A DNA stretch of 64,000 nt, from contig JBGPGE010000001.1 of the NCBI GenBank assembly GCA_041483675.1, positions 868 to 64,867 on the forward strand, in the 5' to 3' direction. A program made the translations under genes and the position numbers. This DNA comes from Candidatus Binatia bacterium (lineage in GTDB: Bacteria > Desulfobacterota > Binatia > UBA9968). The notes below the pieces were generated by a model, which worked only from the letters and a program-made list of their open reading frames with translations, ran no database searches and was not told where the DNA came from. Positions 54,207 to 61,979 of the stretch are shown piece by piece. Position 1 is the first letter of the stretch, and each line of letters begins with the position of its first letter.

Positions 54207-56032
54207 AGAGCGAACTCCTCCAGAAACATTTTGCTCGTGAGAAAGTAGAAGAGAAACTTGCTCTCGCTGTTGGGCAGCTCGGCCTTTTTGATCAACGCTT
54301 CGATCGGCTCGCGCCGGAGATAGTCGAAGATCGGGCTCGGCTCGAGCAGCGCCTCGCGCACCTGCGGGTCGCGCACGTCGAGAAAGGAAAAGATCGGCGC
54401 GTTGAAGCCCACCTTGCGCGGGTTCGCGAGGATGCGCTCCGGCGCGATGCCGCGCATGGCGTCTCTCAGCACCGCCTTGGCGAAGCCGTCGCGGATCAGA
54501 TGGCGCGACGGGATCGAGTGGCAAAACTCGAACAGCCGCCGGTCGAGATAGGGCGAGCGATTCTCGATCGAAAAATACATCGCGTTGAGATCGTCTTCGT
54601 GGAGGATCACCGGCACCGCTTCGTGAAAGATCTCGTTCAGCATGCGGTTGCGGAGCACGCTCTCGCTGTAGCGCTCCTCGCCGAACGGCTCGGTCCAGTC
54701 GGTCGTCAGATAGCGGCCGAAGCCGTCGGCGTTGAGGAAGATGTGGTCGCGCAGCTCGGGATTGGCGATGAAGGCGTCGGGGTCGCTGAGATAGGGATTG
54801 CGCACGATCGGTTTGATCTTGTCCATCCATGCCCGGCGCGCCGCCGGATAGAGCGTCGCGTCGCCGTGAATCTCATGGAGATAGGCCAGGTGGTGATCGA
54901 AGTAGCCGGTGAACAGCTCGTCGGCGCCGGTGCCGCTGACTGAAATGCGGTAGCCGTGTTGTGCCACACTCTCCATCAGCAGCCAGTGGGCGAAGTAGGT
55001 GATGGTATAGACCGGGGCGTCGTGGTATCGGATCAGCTCGCGGAGCTTGGCGAGAAAGCGGTCGGTGTTTACCGGGATGGTCGTGTGGCGGATGGCGAGC
55101 TCGCCGACCGCGTACTCGACCAGCTCCTGCTCTTCGTAACGGGCATCGGAGTTGGCGATGGTGAAGCCGTGGACGTCGTAGTTGAAAACGTTTTTCGCGA
55201 TGGCAATGAGCGCGTTGGAATCGACGCCGCCGCTCATGCAAAAGGCGAGCGGCACGTCGGCGCGGAGCCTCAACCCGACGGAGCGGATCAGCTGCTCGCG
55301 CGCGCCGGCGACCGCGTCGCCGTAACTCATCCTCTCGTCGGGCGCGATTCGGGGCTGCCAGTAGCGATACTGTTCCTCGCGGCCGGCGGCGTCGAGCAGC
55401 AGGACGGAGCCGGGCTTCAACTCGGAAAGGCCGTTAAAGAAGGTGTGACCATTTTTGTAAAGCGATTTGTAGCCGTTCACGAGATAGCGGAAGACCTGCT
55501 CGCGATCGACTTCCAGCCGCCGTCCCCGGAGGGCCGTGATAAATTTCACTTCCGAGCCGAAATAGAGCCCGCTCTCGTCGCGGTAGAGATAGAGCGGTTT
55601 TTCGCCGAAGCGGTCCCGGCTGAGCAGCAGCGAGCCGTCCCGCGTGTCGTAGAGCGCGAAGGCCCACATCCCTTCGCACCGGTCCAAGCCCTGCCAGCCG
55701 AATTCACCGACGGCCCGGAGCAGCACCTCCGTGTCGGACTCTGTTTCGAAGGAGTGGCCGAGAGCAGCCAGCTCCTGCTTAAGCTCCACGTAGTTGTAAA
55801 GCTCGCCGTTGTAGATCAACGCCTTGGAACCGACGCGAAACGGCTGATGAGAACGCTCGTCGAGGTCGATGATGCTGAGCCTGGTGTGGAGCAGATAGGC
55901 GTTGCGCGTCGCGAAGCGGTGGTGAAACAGCGCCGCATGGTCCGGCCCGCGCCGCCCCATGAGGCGGAGACACTCATCCAGCCGCTCGCGACCGATCTCC
56001 TTGCTGCCGATGTATCCTGCGATGCCACACAT
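54203..56032 (-). CDS. asnB: Asparagine synthetase (glutamine-hydrolysing) family amidotransferase
   Basis: N-terminal MCGIAG Ntn nucleophile, PP-loop CMSGGVDS, and 609 aa. Confidence 0.85.
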   Translation of the reverse strand: MCGIAGYIGSKEIGRERLDECLRLMGRRGPDHAALFHHRFATRNAYLLHTRLSIIDLDERSHQPFRVGSKALIYNGELYNYVELKQELAALGHSFETESDTEVLLRAVGEFGWQGLDRCEGMWAFALYDTRDGSLLLSRDRFGEKPLYLYRDESGLYFGSEVKFITALRGRRLEVDREQVFRYLVNGYKSLYKNGHTFFNGLSELKPGSVLLLDAAGREEQYRYWQPRIAPDERMSYGDAVAGAREQLIRSVGLRLRADVPLAFCMSGGVDSNALIAIAKNVFNYDVHGFTIANSDARYEEQELVEYAVGELAIRHTTIPVNTDRFLAKLRELIRYHDAPVYTITYFAHWLLMESVAQHGYRISVSGTGADELFTGYFDHHLAYLHEIHGDATLYPAARRAWMDKIKPIVRNPYLSDPDAFIANPELRDHIFLNADGFGRYLTTDWTEPFGEERYSESVLRNRMLNEIFHEAVPVILHEDDLNAMYFSIENRSPYLDRRLFEFCHSIPSRHLIRDGFAKAVLRDAMRGIAPERILANPRKVGFNAPIFSFLDVRDPQVREALLEPSPIFDYLRREPIEALIKKAELPNSESKFLFYFLTSKMFLEEFAL

Positions 56033-56033
56033 A

Positions 56034-56066
56034 AATTTTGGATTTTCGATTTTAGATTTTGGATTA
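56034..56066. repeat. Heptamer array (Ngatttt units) immediately upstream of the asnB start codon
   Basis: aaatttt ggatttt cgatttt agatttt ggatt abuts the ATG at 56032. A similar motif occurs at 6405-6420. Confidence 0.6.
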
Positions 56067-56070
56067 AAAC

Positions 56071-56090
56071 GGGCGCGATGAATCGCGCCC
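56071..56090 (-). terminator. Rho-independent terminator after the neuB-like gene
   Basis: GGGCGCGA-TGAA-TCGCGCCC stem-loop followed on the minus strand by GTTTTAATCC. Confidence 0.6.
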
Positions 56091-56103
56091 CTACGCTTGG
56101 CTC

Positions 56104-56176
56104 TTACCTCTTTCTTTCTATCCTCTATCCTCCATCCTCGATCCTCCTGCCTCTTGCCTCCTGCCTTCTGCCTCCA
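56104..56176. repeat. Heptamer-periodic array (tatcctc/gatcctc/ctgcctc units) spanning the 3' end of the neuB-like gene
   Basis: About 10 degenerate 7-bp units. They encode the last ~18 aa of the ORF (..EAEGRRQEAGGSRMEDRG*) and the stop. Confidence 0.65.
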
Positions 56177-57188
56177 CCTGCAGGTGGCGCTCCAGCACCG
56201 CCTCGTGCCGTCGGAGCGGCACCGCCAGGCGGCGCCCCGCGAGATAACGCGCCGCCGAGGGCGGCAGCCCGTTGCCCGGTCTCACAAATTCAAAATCGTC
56301 AAGCGACAGCCGCGCCCCCGCCGGCAGGTTGCGGGCGGCCACCACGCTCCTTCGCGCCGCCGCCATCGTCTCCATCTCCGAGACGCCGGGTCGCTTTTTG
56401 CCGTCGCCCATCATCTCATCCAACGAGTGAAGCGCCTGGGCGAGCCGCTTGAGATCGGCGGGATCGGCCGACATCGCGTGGTCACGAAACGTGGCGCGGC
56501 TCTTGTCCAGCGTGAAATGCTTTTCAATGACGCGCGCGCCGAGACAGGCGGCGACGATCGCCGCCTCGATGCCCAGCGTGTGGTCCGAGTAGCCGGTGAT
56601 AAAACCGAACGCCTCTTCCAGCGTCTCGATCGCCTTGAGGTTGGCCTCGGCCAGCGGCGTCGGATAGGCGCTGACGCAATGGAGCAGCGCGAGCGAGTCG
56701 AACAACAACTTCTCCGGCGGAAGATTGAGCGCGACCGTCGCCACCGCCCGCTCGACCTCTTCGAGCGTCCCCATGCCGGTCGAGAGAATCATCGGCTTGC
56801 CCGTCTCAGCGGCGGCCGAAAGGAGCTGGACGTAATTGAGATCGCCCGAAGCGATCTTGATCGCGTCGGCCAGCCCCGCCACTTCGCCGAGGCTATGCGG
56901 ATCGAACGGCGTGGCGATGAACAACATTCCTTCGGATCGGGCGAGATCGGCCATCGCCTCGAACGTCCCTTCCGGCAGCCGGAATCGCTCCAGTTGCGCG
57001 ACGCGCTCCTGCTGGGCGGCGTTCACCAGCCGTTCGGCGCGGATCGCCTGGACTTTTACGGCGTCGGCGCCGGCTTCGGCGGCCGCGGCCACCATTTCCA
57101 TCGCCAGCGACGGCTCCCCTTCGTGGTTGTTGCCGATCTCCGCGACGAGCAGGCGCTGTCGCTTCAAGTCGCGGCCTTCGAGAATCAT
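56118..57188 (-). CDS. N-acylneuraminate-9-phosphate/pseudaminic/legionaminic acid synthase family (NeuB/PseI/LegI-like) with C-terminal SAF domain
   Basis: Hallmark AEIGNNHEG motif, YPTP motif, and a C-terminal antifreeze-like domain. The start is at the internal Met (57188), overlapping the GNAT stop. Confidence 0.8.
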   Translation of the reverse strand: MILEGRDLKRQRLLVAEIGNNHEGEPSLAMEMVAAAAEAGADAVKVQAIRAERLVNAAQQERVAQLERFRLPEGTFEAMADLARSEGMLFIATPFDPHSLGEVAGLADAIKIASGDLNYVQLLSAAAETGKPMILSTGMGTLEEVERAVATVALNLPPEKLLFDSLALLHCVSAYPTPLAEANLKAIETLEEAFGFITGYSDHTLGIEAAIVAACLGARVIEKHFTLDKSRATFRDHAMSADPADLKRLAQALHSLDEMMGDGKKRPGVSEMETMAAARRSVVAARNLPAGARLSLDDFEFVRPGNGLPPSAARYLAGRRLAVPLRRHEAVLERHLQVEAEGRRQEAGGSRMEDRG

Positions 57189-58009
57189 CCCAAACACCTC
57201 GCCTTCTTCAAATGACAATGGAGCACGTAAGCGGTCTCGGCGATGCGGAACCCGAGCCCTTCGTAGAGTCTGAGGGAAAGCAGATTGGCGGCTTGCGTGC
57301 CGACACGCAGCAACAGTCCCGCGGACGCCGCCTCTTCTTGCAGATTGGAGACCAGCGCCTTGCCGACGCCCGAGCCCTGGTGCGTCCGATCCACTCCGAT
57401 GAGGTCGATCGTGCGGCACGGCTCGCTGTCGAGGCTCGACGCGAGCACCGCGAGAAACCCGACCGGCGTCCCGTGGCGCAAAGCAACGAGCAGCTTCTCG
57501 CCGCGCTGCCGCGTGAGGTAGCTCTTCACCCATTCGCGCTTGATCGCGTGAGCGAGCGCGGTTGGGATTTCAGGGTCGAGGCGAAAGCGCGAGTAGGCAA
57601 AGCAGGAGCCGGCGATGTCCAACACCGCGTCATATTCGGCGGGCAGAATTTCCCGCACCGTGACCGGCAACGCATCGTTCTCCCGCGCGCGCCGCGGCGA
57701 TTGGTATTCGAAAGTTACGTTCACGTCCACTACCCCGAAGCCCGACTGCGCCAACGCTTGCACAAAATCCACCCGCCGGGTCGGGACCTTGGCATAGTAA
57801 AACGCCCGAGCGCCCGCTGAGGCGCCTGTCAGCAGCCGCAGTTGATGCGCGGCAACCGCTTCTCCAAGGTCGGCGGCGGAAGGCCGGCCGCCGTCGAACG
57901 GGACCTTAAAGGCATCGTAGCCGAAGATCCTCGACAGCCAGGCGTCGCGCTCAATCTTCACCCCGGACACGACGGGCCGCGCCGGGGATGGGGATGGTTC
58001 GAGGTTCAT
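57185..58009 (-). CDS. GNAT-family N-acetyltransferase (PseH-like candidate)
   Basis: GNAT motif A (LIGVDRTHQGSGVGKALV). The start at 58009 overlaps the SDR stop (ATGA). Confidence 0.65.
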   Translation of the reverse strand: MNLEPSPSPARPVVSGVKIERDAWLSRIFGYDAFKVPFDGGRPSAADLGEAVAAHQLRLLTGASAGARAFYYAKVPTRRVDFVQALAQSGFGVVDVNVTFEYQSPRRARENDALPVTVREILPAEYDAVLDIAGSCFAYSRFRLDPEIPTALAHAIKREWVKSYLTRQRGEKLLVALRHGTPVGFLAVLASSLDSEPCRTIDLIGVDRTHQGSGVGKALVSNLQEEAASAGLLLRVGTQAANLLSLRLYEGLGFRIAETAYVLHCHLKKARCLG

Positions 58010-59052
58010 CAGGCGACTTTTTTCTCGGCCGGAGCGATCTTCCGGTCCAGCTCGCGGTACCACTCGATGTATCTGGGGAAGCCCACCTCCACCGGATTCG
58101 CCGGCTGGTAGCCGAGCAGGCGGCGCGCTTTATCGACACACAAGGTTCCGCGCATCGGCATGAGATGGTCGCGCTCGACGTACTCCACGCGCACGGCGGG
58201 AAACGCCTGCTTGACGACTTCGAGGAGATCTTTGATCGAGCGCGACTCGCCGTAGGTCAGATTGAAGATCTGATTTTTCGCCTCCGGCCGCTGCAAGACG
58301 AGCAGAATCCCCTGCACCAGGTCGTCGATGTGGGTGAAGTCGAGTTTTTCGCCGCCGTCGCCGTCGACGCGCAGCGTGGCGCTGCTCATCGCGCTCTCGA
58401 TAAAGATCTGCCCGACGCGGCGGCTCACGCAGCGCGGCCCGTAGAGCGCCGAGGGGCGGACGATCGTGTAGGGCAGGTCGAACACCTGCTGGTAGGCGAT
58501 GACCAGTTTTTCGCCGCCGACCTTGAGCGCGCCGTAGATGCCGATCGGCTCCAGCGGATGCGTTTCCTCGACCTGCTCGGTGAGAAAGTTGCCGTAGGCC
58601 ATGCTGGAGGAGAAAAAGACAAACTGTTCGAGCGCGACGCCGCGCGCGTAGTCGAGCGCGTTCTCCAACGTCACCAGGCTGTTGTCGAACGTGCTGTAGG
58701 GGTCCTTGTTGGAGCGCCCGGCGTGGGCGATCGCCGCGAGGTGGACGATGGCCTGCGGCTGGATCTGGCCAAGCACCCGCGATAGGCCGTGATAGTCGCG
58801 GGCGTCGAGCATGGAGATCGGCACCCTGGCTTCGCGCAAGAGCTCCAGCCGCTCGCCGATGATGCTGAGATAGAGCTCCCGCTGCGCCAGCTCCGGCATC
58901 TTGGCCGCGAACGACAGCAGGTTGTTGTGCTGCATGCTGTCGATGATGCTCACCTCGGCATGCTGCGCGGCGAGCGCGATCGCCAGGTTGTGGCCGATGA
59001 ATCCTGCGCCGCCGATCAATGCTATTTTTCGTCCTTTTAACGAAACACTCAT
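58009..59052 (-). CDS. NAD-dependent epimerase/dehydratase (extended SDR; nucleotide-sugar 4,6-dehydratase/epimerase)
   Basis: GGAGFIGHNL Rossmann motif and YGALK catalytic YxxxK. 347 aa from the internal Met. Confidence 0.8.
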   Translation of the reverse strand: MSVSLKGRKIALIGGAGFIGHNLAIALAAQHAEVSIIDSMQHNNLLSFAAKMPELAQRELYLSIIGERLELLREARVPISMLDARDYHGLSRVLGQIQPQAIVHLAAIAHAGRSNKDPYSTFDNSLVTLENALDYARGVALEQFVFFSSSMAYGNFLTEQVEETHPLEPIGIYGALKVGGEKLVIAYQQVFDLPYTIVRPSALYGPRCVSRRVGQIFIESAMSSATLRVDGDGGEKLDFTHIDDLVQGILLVLQRPEAKNQIFNLTYGESRSIKDLLEVVKQAFPAVRVEYVERDHLMPMRGTLCVDKARRLLGYQPANPVEVGFPRYIEWYRELDRKIAPAEKKVA

Positions 59053-60218
59053 TATTGCATCTCCTTTGTCGCCTGTGTCGCCTGGACGAAACTTTCCGCT
59101 ATGTAATCCATGTCCGCCGGCGTCAGGTGCGGCCCGACCGGCAACGCGATCGACTGGTCGCTGATCCGCGCGGCGTTGGGAAAATCCTCGGCGCGGTAGC
59201 CGTATTTGTCCCGGTAATAGGTCATGCGCGGCACCGGCTGGGGATAGTAAACGCTCGTGCCCACGCCGCGCTGCTGAAGCCGGGCGACGATCTCGTTGCG
59301 CTGCTTGCCCAACTCGCCGAGCAGCACGGCGCTGAAGCAATAGTGGCTGTTGTCCTGCGACTCCTCGACCGCGTCCAAGACCAACACGCCTTCCTGCTTC
59401 CCGAGATGGGACTTAAGCCGATAGAAATTGTCGCGGCGGCGCTCGAGGTTTTCCTCGATGCGGGCGATCTGCTGCCGGCCGAGCGCCGCTTGCAGCTCGC
59501 TCATCCGATAGTTGAGGCCGAGCGTCGGCACGTCGTAGAGGCCCGGCACCGAGCGTTCGCCGTGCGTCCGGTCCACTCCAAAGGCGCGCAGCTTATCCAC
59601 CCCTGCCGCGACGTCCTTACGGCGCGTCACCAGCATCCCGCCCTCTCCGGTGGTGATGTGCTTGACCGGGTAGAAAGAAAAACAGCCGGCGTCGCCGAAC
59701 AGCCCGACGTGCTGTCGCCGATAACGCGAGCCGAGCGCGACGGCGCAGTCTTCCACGACTTTCAGGCCCCGGCGCTCAGCCAACGCCATGATCTCCGTCA
59801 TGCCGCAGGGAATGCCGAGCAGGTGGACCACCGACAGCGCCTTGGTCTTGGGCGTCAGCGCCGCTTCGATCCGCTCCGCCGTGAGATTTCCCGTCGCCGG
59901 GTCGCAATCGACGAAGATCGGCTTCGCGCCGACCCATTCCACGGCGTGGACGGTGGCGACGTGCGTCTGGGCGGGCACGATCACTTCGTCGCCGGGGCCG
60001 ACGCCGAGTTGCAGGTAGGCCAGGTGCAGCGCCGCCATGCAGGAGCTCAAGCTCACGCAATGGGCGCCGCGGCCGATAAACGCGCCGAACTCTTCCTCGA
60101 ATGCTTTGCCTTCGGGGCCGTGCGTCAACACCGGCCCTTGCAGCACGGCCGTCACCGCCTTGCGCTCGTCATCGGTAATCCAGGGTTTGCCGAAAGGAAT
60201 CGATCGTTGCGTAGTCAT
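59052..60218 (-). CDS. DegT/DnrJ/EryC1/StrS-family PLP-dependent sugar aminotransferase (PseC/LegC-like)
   Basis: Conserved Lys region (SFYPVKHITTGEGGML) and overall DegT pattern. About 389 aa from the internal Met. Confidence 0.85.
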   Translation of the reverse strand: MTTQRSIPFGKPWITDDERKAVTAVLQGPVLTHGPEGKAFEEEFGAFIGRGAHCVSLSSCMAALHLAYLQLGVGPGDEVIVPAQTHVATVHAVEWVGAKPIFVDCDPATGNLTAERIEAALTPKTKALSVVHLLGIPCGMTEIMALAERRGLKVVEDCAVALGSRYRRQHVGLFGDAGCFSFYPVKHITTGEGGMLVTRRKDVAAGVDKLRAFGVDRTHGERSVPGLYDVPTLGLNYRMSELQAALGRQQIARIEENLERRRDNFYRLKSHLGKQEGVLVLDAVEESQDNSHYCFSAVLLGELGKQRNEIVARLQQRGVGTSVYYPQPVPRMTYYRDKYGYRAEDFPNAARISDQSIALPVGPHLTPADMDYIAESFVQATQATKEMQ

Positions 60219-61225
60219 ACGTAGGGAACCTCCTCTTCTAATCCGGATTGCAAGGACCGGTCGCACGCCGCGCAAACGCTGATCGCGTCGAACATCTCCT
60301 GCGTGTGGCCGCCGAGATCGGCATCGGACAAAATCGCGTCGACGAACGGGCCGATCCCCACGCCCTTGCCCGCGGGGAGCGCGCCGAGGTCAATCGGTTT
60401 AGCCGCCGTCGCCGGATCTCTCGTCGAGTGCCAGCGCGCGCCCGCATCGTCGGTGACGAGCGTCGCCTCGGTGCCGAACAGGCGCAAGACGTGCTGGTGG
60501 CGATGGACGCAGCCGAAGTTCGCGGTGACGCGGGCGAGCAGTCCCGACGGGCAGCGCAACTCAGCGGCAACGTAATCGAGATAGCGAAACGGCGTGTTCT
60601 CGGAGCAGATGCGGTTGCCCGCGGCATGGACCGACTGCGGCCGCTCGCCGGTGAGCCACAACAGCAGGTCCACGAGATGGACGCCGCCTCCCGCCATGAC
60701 GGAATAGTTTTCCACCCGGCTGCGCCATCCTTCCATGATCTTGCCGAGCCGTCCGTAAAGATAGTCGCCGTCGAAGGCATAGAGCTTGCCGAAGCGGCCA
60801 GCGTCGATAGTCTCTTTGATCCAGCCGTAGAGCGGCGCCTGGCGCAGCACCATGTTGGAGGAGAGCTTCAACCGCCCTCCGTGTCTCAGCCAGGCGCGTT
60901 TGATCGCGAGCAGCTCGTCCACCGTGCGGCAGAGCGGCTTTTCGACGAAGACGTGCTTGCCCGCTTCGAGCGCGGCGATCGCCTGGCCGAAGTGTGCGTC
61001 GTCGTAGGAGGCGATCGAGATCGCCTGCACTTCGGGATCTTCGAGAATCTGTTCGAAATGGGTGGCGGCTTTTTCCGCGCCCAGCTCGGCCGCCAGCGCG
61101 CCCGCTTTGGGCGCGTCGATGTCGTAGAGCCATCTGAGCCGGCAGCGACCCGTCGCCCGATAGGCGCGGGCATGCTCCGCCCCGATGCCCAGACCGACTA
61201 CTGCGACGCCGAGTGGAGCGCTCAT
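60215..61225 (-). CDS. Gfo/Idh/MocA-family NAD(P)-dependent oxidoreductase
   Basis: N-terminal Rossmann fold VAVVGLGIGAEHA and the EKPL motif. About 336 aa from the internal Met. Confidence 0.75.
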   Translation of the reverse strand: MSAPLGVAVVGLGIGAEHARAYRATGRCRLRWLYDIDAPKAGALAAELGAEKAATHFEQILEDPEVQAISIASYDDAHFGQAIAALEAGKHVFVEKPLCRTVDELLAIKRAWLRHGGRLKLSSNMVLRQAPLYGWIKETIDAGRFGKLYAFDGDYLYGRLGKIMEGWRSRVENYSVMAGGGVHLVDLLLWLTGERPQSVHAAGNRICSENTPFRYLDYVAAELRCPSGLLARVTANFGCVHRHQHVLRLFGTEATLVTDDAGARWHSTRDPATAAKPIDLGALPAGKGVGIGPFVDAILSDADLGGHTQEMFDAISVCAACDRSLQSGLEEEVPYV

Positions 61226-61890
61226 GCGACCCGCTTGACCTCCTGCATGAGGACTTTCGGTGGAAACAACTCCTGAGAGCACAAGTGTTCCAGATGAATC
61301 AGATCCTCCAGCGTATCGACCGCGTAGCTCGTCTCGGCGAGCTTGGGCTCGGCCGACTCGATATTGACGATGTTGAAAATTTCCGGGTGGTAATAATAAA
61401 TTTGCGTGGCGTGCTCTTTTTGCTGTGGCGTCAGCCGGCTCGCGTCGATCGCCGCGAAGGTGGCCGCGCGAATCAGCTCCACGCTCTGCCCTTTGGGGAA
61501 GGTCCGCGGGAAGACGTTGGTTACGAGGTCTATATCTTTACCGTCTTGATAGCGCATGGCGGCGCTGAGCAGCGAAGGATCGAGCAGCGGGCTGTCGGCG
61601 CAGAGACGAAAGAACCAGTCGCAGGGGTTGGCGCGGAGACAGCCCTGGAACCGCTCCACGACGTTCTCCAGCGGGCCGCGGAACACCGAGACACCGAGCT
61701 CCCGGACGTAGCAGGCCAGCGGATCGTCCGCCGCCGTCGCGCTGGTGGCGACGGTGATGCGGTCGCGCGCCACCGCCTCGGCGGCCGCGTCGATCAGGCG
61801 GGCAATAATCGCCTTGCCTTGAAACGGCGCGAGGACTTTGCCGGGAAATCGCCTGGAACCCATGCGGGCCTGAATGAATACTCGGACCAT
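61222..61890 (-). CDS. Acylneuraminate cytidylyltransferase family (CMP-nonulosonic acid synthetase, NeuA/PseF/LegF-like)
   Basis: N-terminal IQARMGSRRFPGKVL motif. About 222 aa from the internal Met. Confidence 0.8.
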   Translation of the reverse strand: MVRVFIQARMGSRRFPGKVLAPFQGKAIIARLIDAAAEAVARDRITVATSATAADDPLACYVRELGVSVFRGPLENVVERFQGCLRANPCDWFFRLCADSPLLDPSLLSAAMRYQDGKDIDLVTNVFPRTFPKGQSVELIRAATFAAIDASRLTPQQKEHATQIYYYHPEIFNIVNIESAEPKLAETSYAVDTLEDLIHLEHLCSQELFPPKVLMQEVKRVA

Positions 61891-61933
61891 TGCCCCAACG
61901 CATGAAGCAAGATGCAGGCCACGCAAAGAACAA

Positions 61934-61958
61934 GGGATGAAGGATGAGGGATGAAAGG
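61934..61958. repeat. Short heptamer array (gggatga/aggatga x3) upstream of the neuA-like gene
   Basis: gggatga aggatga gggatga aagg lies in the spacer between the HK stop and the neuA-like ATG. Confidence 0.45.
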
Positions 61959-61979
61959 AAAAAAGTTCCGGAGAGTCGG

